A DNA stretch of 64,000 nt from Patescibacteria group bacterium. GTDB taxonomy: Bacteria; Patescibacteriota; Patescibacteriia; Magasanikbacterales; UBA922. Under the pieces are notes generated by a model, which was not told the origin of the DNA, did not search any database, and saw nothing but the letters and a program-made list of their open reading frames with translations. This document shows positions 57,426 through 64,000 of the stretch, in pieces. The stretch covers positions 1,714 to 65,713 of the forward strand of contig JBAZZL010000002.1 in assembly GCA_041658785.1 (NCBI GenBank), in the 5' to 3' direction. Position numbers and translations under genes: made by a program. Positions within the stretch are counted from its first letter, which is position 1. Every line of letters starts with the position of its first letter.

Positions 57426-57971
57426 TCATCTTTCACTAAACGGAAATCCCAGCGCCTTTAGCAGCGCCAGTCCTTCTTCTTTATTCTTGGCAGTAGTGGT
57501 GATAACGATTTCTAAACCATGAATCTTATCGACCGCTTCGCTTGAAATTTCAGGAAACGCGATATTCTCTTTCAAACCAAGGGTATAATTACCTTTTTTA
57601 TCAAAACTCTTTGGACTGATTCCACGAAAATCCCGGACTCGAGGCAATGTAACGCTAATTAACTTATCAACAAAATAATACATCATTTTCCCACGAAGTG
57701 TAACTGATGCGCCGACATCCATGCCTTGCCGGATCTTAAAGTTCGAAATAGCCTTTTTTGCCTTATTATGGATCGGCTTCTGTCCGGTGATTGATGCTAA
57801 TGTTTTCTCTACATTTTCAATAAAAGCGCTCTCTTTCGCGTGCCGGCCATACCCGACATTCACCGTTACCTTCTGAATTCTTGGGACTTGCATAATATTT
57901 TTATACCCAAGCTGATCCTTAAGCGCGGGAGCTATTTGTTCTTTGTATTGTTTGTACAATCTCGATTGCAT
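57426..57971 (-). CDS. rplE: 50S ribosomal protein L5
   Basis: ITGQKP, FKIRQG, LPRVRDFRG. Confidence 0.97.
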   Translation of the reverse strand: MQSRLYKQYKEQIAPALKDQLGYKNIMQVPRIQKVTVNVGYGRHAKESAFIENVEKTLASITGQKPIHNKAKKAISNFKIRQGMDVGASVTLRGKMMYYFVDKLISVTLPRVRDFRGISPKSFDKKGNYTLGLKENIAFPEISSEAVDKIHGLEIVITTTAKNKEEGLALLKALGFPFSER

Positions 57972-58066
57972 ATTAATCTAGTTCATGGTTCTCAGCCAAT
58001 AGCTATTAGTTATTTTGCAAAATTTTATTGGCTACAAATTATTGGCTTTGAACTGCCGGCTTAATC

Positions 58067-58387
58067 CTAATCAATAAATTCTCCGCTCCGTTTTGCGACT
58101 CTCTTTTTATCTTCACCTTCAATGACAAAACCGACACGGGTTGGCTTCCCTGATTTTGGATCAATCAGCATTACATTGCTGATATCAATCGGAGCAGACA
58201 ACTCTATTGTCTGCCCTTTCTGGCCGCGCTGGCGCGGACGCAGATGCTTTTTTAATATATTAATACCCTCTACAACCGCATATCTTCTATTTGTATTTTT
58301 ATTTGTTAATACCTGAATGACCTTGCCGGTTTTCCCGCGTTCTTTTCCTGATAATACTTTTATTTTGTCTCCAGTTTTAATTTTCAT
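58067..58387 (-). CDS. rplX: 50S ribosomal protein L24
   Basis: IKTGDKIKVLSGKERGK KOW motif, PIDISNV. Confidence 0.96.
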   Translation of the reverse strand: MKIKTGDKIKVLSGKERGKTGKVIQVLTNKNTNRRYAVVEGINILKKHLRPRQRGQKGQTIELSAPIDISNVMLIDPKSGKPTRVGFVIEGEDKKRVAKRSGEFID

Positions 58388-58535
58388 AATTTGTTGATTC
58401 GAATCAGCTGATATACTCCCTTGCTCTATTTAATTTCAATTTTGAATTTTATCCATACATTATTATTCTATTAAGATTCAGCTAAAAAACCAATTTCCAA
58501 TTTCCAATTTCTAATTTCTAATTTCTAATTTCCAA

Positions 58536-58907
58536 TTACACTACTTCCGACGCTAACGAAATAATCTTCTGGAATCCTTTGATGCGTAATTCTCGGGCAA
58601 CCGGACCAAAAATGCGCGTCCCTTTTGGTTCTTTGTCTTTTTTATCAATAATTACCGCCGCATTTTCATCAAATCTAATATAGGTGCCGTCTTTTCTGCG
58701 CCGCTCTTTCTTTTGTCTGACAATTACCGCGTGAACTATATCGCTCTTTTTGACTGCGCCGCGCGGGTCTGCCTCTTTTACTGTACACGTGATAATGTCG
58801 CCAAGCTGAGCATATCGTTTCTTGTATCCGCCAAGCACACGAATACACATTAGCTTTTTTGCGCCGCTATTATCTGCTACTTTTAACATTGTCCGGTGTT
58901 GAATCAT
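58536..58907 (-). CDS. rplN: 50S ribosomal protein L14
   Basis: [21 protein letters not shown]. Confidence 0.98.
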   Translation of the reverse strand: MIQHRTMLKVADNSGAKKLMCIRVLGGYKKRYAQLGDIITCTVKEADPRGAVKKSDIVHAVIVRQKKERRRKDGTYIRFDENAAVIIDKKDKEPKGTRIFGPVARELRIKGFQKIISLASEVV

Positions 58908-58966
58908 ATATACATCCAAATTACTCCGCCTAAGGCTGACCTGCCTTGAGTGCAGAATGGCGCAAT

Positions 58967-59254
58967 TTACGACTTTTTAACAACTTCCAATAATCTCCAT
59001 CGTTTGGTCTTGCTCAACGGCCGACACTCTTGAAATATCACCCGATCTCCAACCTTTGTCTCGTTTTTCTCATCATGTATTGCATATTTCTTGGAACTAA
59101 TGTATTGCTTGTGGTACTTTTTATGCATCTTGGCGGTGATAACCAAAACATGCGCAGTCTTATTTTCATTTTTATTAACCACTTCCCCCTCAAATCGACG
59201 GCGTACTTTTGTCTGTCCGGTTTTCTGTTGCGATTGCTTCGTGTCTTTATCCAT
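58967..59254 (-). CDS. rpsQ: 30S ribosomal protein S17
   Basis: [16 protein letters not shown]. Confidence 0.95.
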   Translation of the reverse strand: MDKDTKQSQQKTGQTKVRRRFEGEVVNKNENKTAHVLVITAKMHKKYHKQYISSKKYAIHDEKNETKVGDRVIFQECRPLSKTKRWRLLEVVKKS

Positions 59255-59305
59255 ATTATTTTAAATTTGGCATCTATTGAGAAACTGCGCCATTGTTTTG
59301 GTTAA

Positions 59306-59500
59306 TTACTTTGAAAATTTTCTTTGATTCAAGATCGTCAAAATGCTCGCGATCGTCTTCCTGACTTTAGAAATTAATTTAACATTTTTTAGCTGTCCCT
59401 CGCTTGCTTTAAACCTCAGCTCGCGAAGCTCATTTTGCTTCTCTAAAAACAACTCATTCAACTCTTTATCATTTTTTCGTCTATAATCAATAGTTTCCAT
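59306..59500 (-). CDS. rpmC: 50S ribosomal protein L29
   Basis: ELRFK...GQLKN...RKTIASILT; canonical position in the operon. Confidence 0.9.
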   Translation of the reverse strand: METIDYRRKNDKELNELFLEKQNELRELRFKASEGQLKNVKLISKVRKTIASILTILNQRKFSK

Positions 59501-59688
59501 ATTAACAAATTTATCTCCAACCCCTTCCAAAATACCCCGCAGGAAGACACTTGGATTTAATCAATGGTATGAACCCTGGAGCAAACTCTGGACTCTTGTT
59601 CCGTCCCGACACAAAATCGGGACGGGAAAACTTGTCCGGCGCAGCCCGTCCGCCAGCTGGCGGACGGGCGGAGACGGATTTATCAACT

Positions 59689-60102
59689 TCATTTCTTGGC
59701 GACAAATCTTGATTTAACTGGCATTTTGTGGCCGGCTAATACCAGCGCCTCTTGCGCTTTTTCTTTTGACACGCCTTCCATCTCAAACATCACCGTTCCC
59801 GGCTTGACTGTGCACACATAATGATCCGGCGTGCCTTTTCCCCCTCCCATCGGCACTTCCGATCCTTTCTTCGTCACTGGACGATCTGGAAAAATCCTTA
59901 TCCATATTTTCCCGCCACGTCTGACATATCTTGTCATTACTCGCCTTGCCGCTTCAATCTGTCTGGAAGTAACCCAAGAATACCCCAGCGAAGACAAACC
60001 ATAACTTCCAAAAGCTATAAAATTTGTCCTCGTAGCCAGACCCTTTCCTCCGCGGCGCGGCCGGTGCCATTTTCTGTGTTTTGCTTTCTTAGGTATTAAC
60101 AT
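59689..60102 (-). CDS. rplP: 50S ribosomal protein L16
   Basis: QIEAARR, IWIRIFPD, MGGGKG. Confidence 0.97.
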   Translation of the reverse strand: MLIPKKAKHRKWHRPRRGGKGLATRTNFIAFGSYGLSSLGYSWVTSRQIEAARRVMTRYVRRGGKIWIRIFPDRPVTKKGSEVPMGGGKGTPDHYVCTVKPGTVMFEMEGVSKEKAQEALVLAGHKMPVKSRFVAKK

Positions 60103-60105
60103 ATC

Positions 60106-60831
60106 TCAATTACTAGCTACAAGTTGTTGCTTTCCTTTTTTTTCTTTTTTATCTCTTTTCTCATCGCTCTCTTCATTTTTACCAAATCGATCCTTCCTGG
60201 TAAATACTTCTCCCTTATAAATCCAGACTTTTATGCCAATCTTCCCATAAGTGGTATCAGCCTCTACAAGCGCATAATCAATATCGCTTCGAAGAGTGAT
60301 TAGAGGAACTTTGCCAAAAGAAAGGGTCTCGGTACGAGCAATTTCTACTCCGTTTAATCTTCCTGACATCCTTACTTTTACTCCTTGAGCGCCGGCTTTC
60401 ATCACTCGATCAATGCCTTGCTTCATTACGCGCCGGAATGGGATACGTCTCTTTATATCAGACTCCATCGTCTGCGCCGCTACCGACGCAGACAAAGCCG
60501 GCGAGCGCAGCTCCTGCACATTTATCTTAACTTTCAAACCCATCTTCAAAAATTTTCGTTCAATATGTTTTCTTACTTCATCCAGGCCCTTGCCGCCTCG
60601 GCCAATAATAAATCCCGGCTTTGCGGCGATAATAGTGACTGTCATATTCTTCGGACCGCGTTCAACACTAATTGCGTCAATATGCGCTTCCTTGAACTTA
60701 TCTCCCAAATATCCGCGTATTTTGATGTCTTGCTCCGCGTACTGCGCGTAATTCTTCTTTCCGAACCATTTCGAATCCCAAGAATACACTATCAGCATTC
60801 TGTGAATTGTTGGATGTACTTTGTGGCCCAT
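60106..60831 (-). CDS. rpsC: 30S ribosomal protein S3
   Basis: MGHKVHP, PGFIIGRGG, SGRLNGVEIAR, GIKVWIY. Confidence 0.97.
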   Translation of the reverse strand: MGHKVHPTIHRMLIVYSWDSKWFGKKNYAQYAEQDIKIRGYLGDKFKEAHIDAISVERGPKNMTVTIIAAKPGFIIGRGGKGLDEVRKHIERKFLKMGLKVKINVQELRSPALSASVAAQTMESDIKRRIPFRRVMKQGIDRVMKAGAQGVKVRMSGRLNGVEIARTETLSFGKVPLITLRSDIDYALVEADTTYGKIGIKVWIYKGEVFTRKDRFGKNEESDEKRDKKEKKGKQQLVASN

Positions 60832-60839
60832 AATAATAT

Positions 60840-61244
60840 TTAATCTTTATCTTCTACCTTATCTTCTACCTTGCCCGCCGCTTTTCTTTTTGTTTTTTCA
60901 TCGGCATCTCCCTCTAAAATAATCGTGATATGACTTGTTCTTTTTTTTATCTTTGCCGCTCGGCCAAAGGCGCGGGGCATCCATCGATATAAAATCGGTC
61001 CGCCGTCAACAAAAGCTTGTTTAACAATCAAAGAATTTTCCTTCACATTGTCATTATGCGTCGCATTTGCAATTGCGGACTTCAGAAGTTTAATTACCGG
61101 CAAAGAGGCATGTTTTGTGGAAAGTTCTAATTGCGCAATCGCTTCCTTCACCTTCATGCCACGAACCAAACCAATCAATAGACGCACCTTTCTTGGACTC
61201 ATTCTCAAATATCTAAGTTTTGCTCTTGTTTCAACTTTTGTCAT
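60840..61244 (-). CDS. rplV: 50S ribosomal protein L22
   Basis: SPRKVRL, KSAIANA, PRAFGRA, TSHIT; the ORF-track N-terminal extension is repeat sequence. Confidence 0.96.
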   Translation of the reverse strand: MTKVETRAKLRYLRMSPRKVRLLIGLVRGMKVKEAIAQLELSTKHASLPVIKLLKSAIANATHNDNVKENSLIVKQAFVDGGPILYRWMPRAFGRAAKIKKRTSHITIILEGDADEKTKRKAAGKVEDKVEDKD

Positions 61245-61349
61245 ATTTCCAATTTCCAATTTCCAGTTTCTAATTTCCAATTTCCAATTTCCAGTTTCTA
61301 ATTTCCAGTTTCTAATTTCCAGTTTCTAATTTCCAGTTTCTAATTTCCA
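61245..61349. repeat. Heptamer tandem array
   Basis: 15 units of ATTTCCA/GTTTCTA directly upstream of the rplV ATG. Confidence 0.9.
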
Positions 61350-61407
61350 ATTTCAATTTAATTAACTCAATATCAATTCATTATAATAAATATTTTATGA
61401 CTGCGTA

Positions 61408-61749
61408 TTATTTTACTTTACTAGCAGTATTGGCAGTATTAACAGCGCTGGCGGTGCTCGCAGCGCCGGCAGCGGTCTGTTCCTTCGCTATCCTGCCTCC
61501 ATGAACTGTAAATTTTCTGGTTGGTGAAAACTCGCCAAGTTTGTGCCCAACCATATTTTCATCGGCAAAAACATCAATAAAAGAACGGCCATTGTGTACG
61601 GCAAACGTCATCCCCACCATCTCTGGTGTAATTGTGCTGGCTCGAGACCAAGTCTTGATCGGTTTTCTATCTTTTGTCGCTTTTGCCGCAGCAATCTTTT
61701 TTATCAAATTTAAATCAACGTATGGACCTTTTTTAAGACTTCTTGACAT
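61408..61749 (-). CDS. rpsS: 30S ribosomal protein S19
   Basis: [26 protein letters not shown]. Confidence 0.97.
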   Translation of the reverse strand: MSRSLKKGPYVDLNLIKKIAAAKATKDRKPIKTWSRASTITPEMVGMTFAVHNGRSFIDVFADENMVGHKLGEFSPTRKFTVHGGRIAKEQTAAGAASTASAVNTANTASKVK

Positions 61750-61834
61750 ATTTACTAGTTCATAGTTCAGAGCCAGTAGCCAATAGTTTTGAACCCCATT
61801 ATTGGCTATGAACTATTGGCTCTGAACTAATAAT

Positions 61835-62671
61835 TTATTTTTTACGCTTACTAACAATCATCCTATTGCTCTTTTTCCCTCTTTTGCGCGTCTTTAGACC
61901 CATGGCTTTCTTGCCCCATGGCGTCTTTGGCCCTTTCCTCATGCCGATAGGAGAATGTCCTTCTCCGCCGCCGTGCGGGTGATCAACCGGATTCATATTC
62001 TTTCCTTTAACAGTAGGTCTCCAACCGCGATGGCGCATCCGTCCGGCCTTGCCAAGCCTGACCAACTTAATATCAGGATTGCCAACCATTCCAATCGTTG
62101 CCATACATTCTTTTTTTACTAGGCGCACTTCTCCAGAAGGCAACTTCAGTTGGGCAAACTTTCCTTCTACGGTCTGCAATTGCGCTCCTGTCCCAGCAGA
62201 CCTTACAATCTGTCCGCCTTTGTCCGGCTCAAGTTCAACATTATACACAAATAAACCAACCGGAATATTTTCAAGCGGCATCCGCACGCCTTTCTGCGCG
62301 TCTACTTTTCTTTTTGTCGATATTATTTTATCGCCAACTTTAAATCCCGCTCCGCCAAGAATATATGACTTTACCCCGTCCTCGTATTGAATCAAAGCGA
62401 TTCGCGCGTTACGATTTGGATCATATTCTATCGCAATCACTTCTGCTGGAATATCAAATCTCGCGCGTTTGAAATCAACCATTCTGTATAATCTTTTTAC
62501 TCCTCCGCCTCTATGGCGAACAGTAATCCGGCCGGTATTGTTTCTGCCCTTTCTGCGGCTTATTCCCCTGATAAGTGATTTTTCTGATTTTGTCTTTGTA
62601 ATATCAGAAAAATCCTGAACGCTTCCTTTTCGTCTTGATGAAGTGGTCGGTTTGTAATATTTAATTGCCAT
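61835..62671 (-). CDS. rplB: 50S ribosomal protein L2
   Basis: GRNNTGRIT, EYDPNR, MNPVDHPHGGGEG. Confidence 0.98.
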   Translation of the reverse strand: MAIKYYKPTTSSRRKGSVQDFSDITKTKSEKSLIRGISRRKGRNNTGRITVRHRGGGVKRLYRMVDFKRARFDIPAEVIAIEYDPNRNARIALIQYEDGVKSYILGGAGFKVGDKIISTKRKVDAQKGVRMPLENIPVGLFVYNVELEPDKGGQIVRSAGTGAQLQTVEGKFAQLKLPSGEVRLVKKECMATIGMVGNPDIKLVRLGKAGRMRHRGWRPTVKGKNMNPVDHPHGGGEGHSPIGMRKGPKTPWGKKAMGLKTRKRGKKSNRMIVSKRKK

Positions 62672-62722
62672 AATTTTACTCAACAAATTTTCTATCTTTC
62701 ACCCATCCGCGCGAACCGGTTG

Positions 62723-63208
62723 TTAGACACCCTCATGAATATTAACCATCTGCCCCTTTGGGAGCGTAACAATCGCTTTTTTCCAATCACCGCGCTTGCC
62801 TGTTTGCCTGCCAAATCTTACTTTTCTTCCTTCTATATTCATGATACGCACTTTTACCGGCAAAATGCCATACAACTCTTTGATTGCTTTTTTAATCTCA
62901 ATTTTATTTGATCCTTTAGAAACAACAAAACTAATTACACCATCTTTCTCAACCATCGCCGCTTTTTCGCTAACAATTGGACGAACTAATATATTATACG
63001 CGCGCCCGAGCTTGACAGTCTTTTTTGCCGGCGGTGTCTCTAAATCAGGTTTTTTTTTCGCCTTTTCTTTTTTGGCCGCATTCTTTTCTGCATCAGCTGT
63101 TCTTTTCTGGCCGATATTTTTTTCCGCGCGGAAATCCGGCTCTTGATTCTCAACCGCTTCCAACTGGTCTTTTTTTTTCTTTTTGAACCACTTATCTAAA
63201 AGCACCAT
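62723..63208 (-). CDS. rplW: 50S ribosomal protein L23 with long charged N-terminal extension
   Basis: PIVSEKA, NKIEIKKA, WKKAIVTL. Confidence 0.93.
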   Translation of the reverse strand: MVLLDKWFKKKKKDQLEAVENQEPDFRAEKNIGQKRTADAEKNAAKKEKAKKKPDLETPPAKKTVKLGRAYNILVRPIVSEKAAMVEKDGVISFVVSKGSNKIEIKKAIKELYGILPVKVRIMNIEGRKVRFGRQTGKRGDWKKAIVTLPKGQMVNIHEGV

Positions 63209-63212
63209 ATTT

Positions 63213-63839
63213 TTATGATAATCTTTTTTCTAAAATATCAACGCCTTTTTTCGTTGCGATAACATATTGATGGCGCAAAAGATCCGCCACGTTCACATCT
63301 TGCGCTCTGCTTGCATCAATTTTATCTGCGTTATTAATCGCTCGCAAGATTATTTCATTTTTTTCTTCAGTCAGCAATAATGTGGTCTTGCCGGCGCCAG
63401 GAAGCTTTCTCCGAAGCGCGACTGCGTTTTTTGTCTTCCCATCAGCCGGCAGATTTTCCAACACGACAAATTGATTCTCTTTGGCCTTATCAGACAGACA
63501 CATTCTAACTGCTAACCTATTCATTTTTTTATTAATTTTTTTCTTAAAATTTCGGTTTGCATTTGGCCCAAAAGTCACGCCTCCGCCAACCCACAATGGC
63601 GAACGGATTGAGCCGTGCCTTGCTCGTCCTGTTCCTTTTTGCTTCCAAGGTTTACGGCCGCCTCCTCTTACTTCACTTCGATCTTTCACATGCGCCCATG
63701 GCTGGCGCAAATTTGACATAAGAGCGATATACACCTGATGCACGACAGACTCTTTTGGTTTGATGCCAAAAACATCATCTTTCAACTCCAGATTGCCGCT
63801 TTTCTCTCCATTTACATTGTATACATCAACTTTGACCAT
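63213..63839 (-). CDS. rplD: 50S ribosomal protein L4
   Basis: RSEVRGGGRKPWKQKGTGRARHGS, GGGVTFGP. Confidence 0.97.
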   Translation of the reverse strand: MVKVDVYNVNGEKSGNLELKDDVFGIKPKESVVHQVYIALMSNLRQPWAHVKDRSEVRGGGRKPWKQKGTGRARHGSIRSPLWVGGGVTFGPNANRNFKKKINKKMNRLAVRMCLSDKAKENQFVVLENLPADGKTKNAVALRRKLPGAGKTTLLLTEEKNEIILRAINNADKIDASRAQDVNVADLLRHQYVIATKKGVDILEKRLS

Positions 63840-63905
63840 ATCTATGACAAAACCAGTAATTAGCTGTTAAAATTATCATTCCGATCTTACACAGTTTCAA
63901 ATTTC

Positions 63906-63976
63906 TCCCGCAGTAAGCGGGATCCCGCCCCGCAATGGAGTCGTGTCCCCATTCGCTACGGGGCTCGCTGCAGGGA
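63906..63976. repeat. Nested palindromic element (GGGATCCC family)
   Basis: Near-copy of 38717-38780 upstream of rplD. Confidence 0.78.
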
Positions 63977-64000
63977 CAATTTCCTCTTTCTTTTCTTCAT

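Noticed and set aside
59511-59705. 64-aa ORF between rplP and rpmC
   Set aside because: Made of stacked palindromes with no protein-like features
61245-61280. N-terminal extension MEIRNWKLEIGN on L22
   Set aside because: It is the heptamer array read in frame; the ATG at 61244 gives a normal start
1-64000. Alternative genetic code, diversity-generating retroelement, retron or prophage
   Set aside because: Conserved genes end at TGA normally, and no reverse transcriptase, integrase or phage structural genes were recognised

Overview
The window looks like chromosomal DNA from a Patescibacteria/CPR (Parcubacteria-like) bacterium using genetic code 11. The taxonomy is inferred from rpmD being absent between rpsE and rplO, few Shine-Dalgarno sites, a pilin-like fusion protein and tRNA-Arg(GCG). 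It holds housekeeping genes (radA, recG, der, pth, dprA, folC, topA, rel, parAB, scpAB, aspS, asnS, recO, map, adk, secY), the rplD-rplO part of the S10/spc ribosomal cluster and three tRNAs. A decaying ~8 kb defence island lies next to tRNA-Asn (AbiE, RadC, Phd/RelE, a broken type I-like RM system, AlbA_2, RhuM). Four observations stand out. (1) A DUF3800 gene converges on a separately promoted, structured ~70-nt RNA, and the unit appears to have inserted between the aspS promoter and aspS. (2) A GxxExxY nuclease-fold gene is bracketed by a perfect 34-bp inverted repeat, with a solo copy of the end 22 kb away. (3) 7/8/9-mer periodic repeats and short palindromes are pervasive; they fill operon junctions, nest inside each other and are translated in frame within core enzymes. 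(4) An AftA-like arabinofuranosyltransferase occurs outside Actinobacteria. All family assignments come from recognising motifs by eye; no searches were run.
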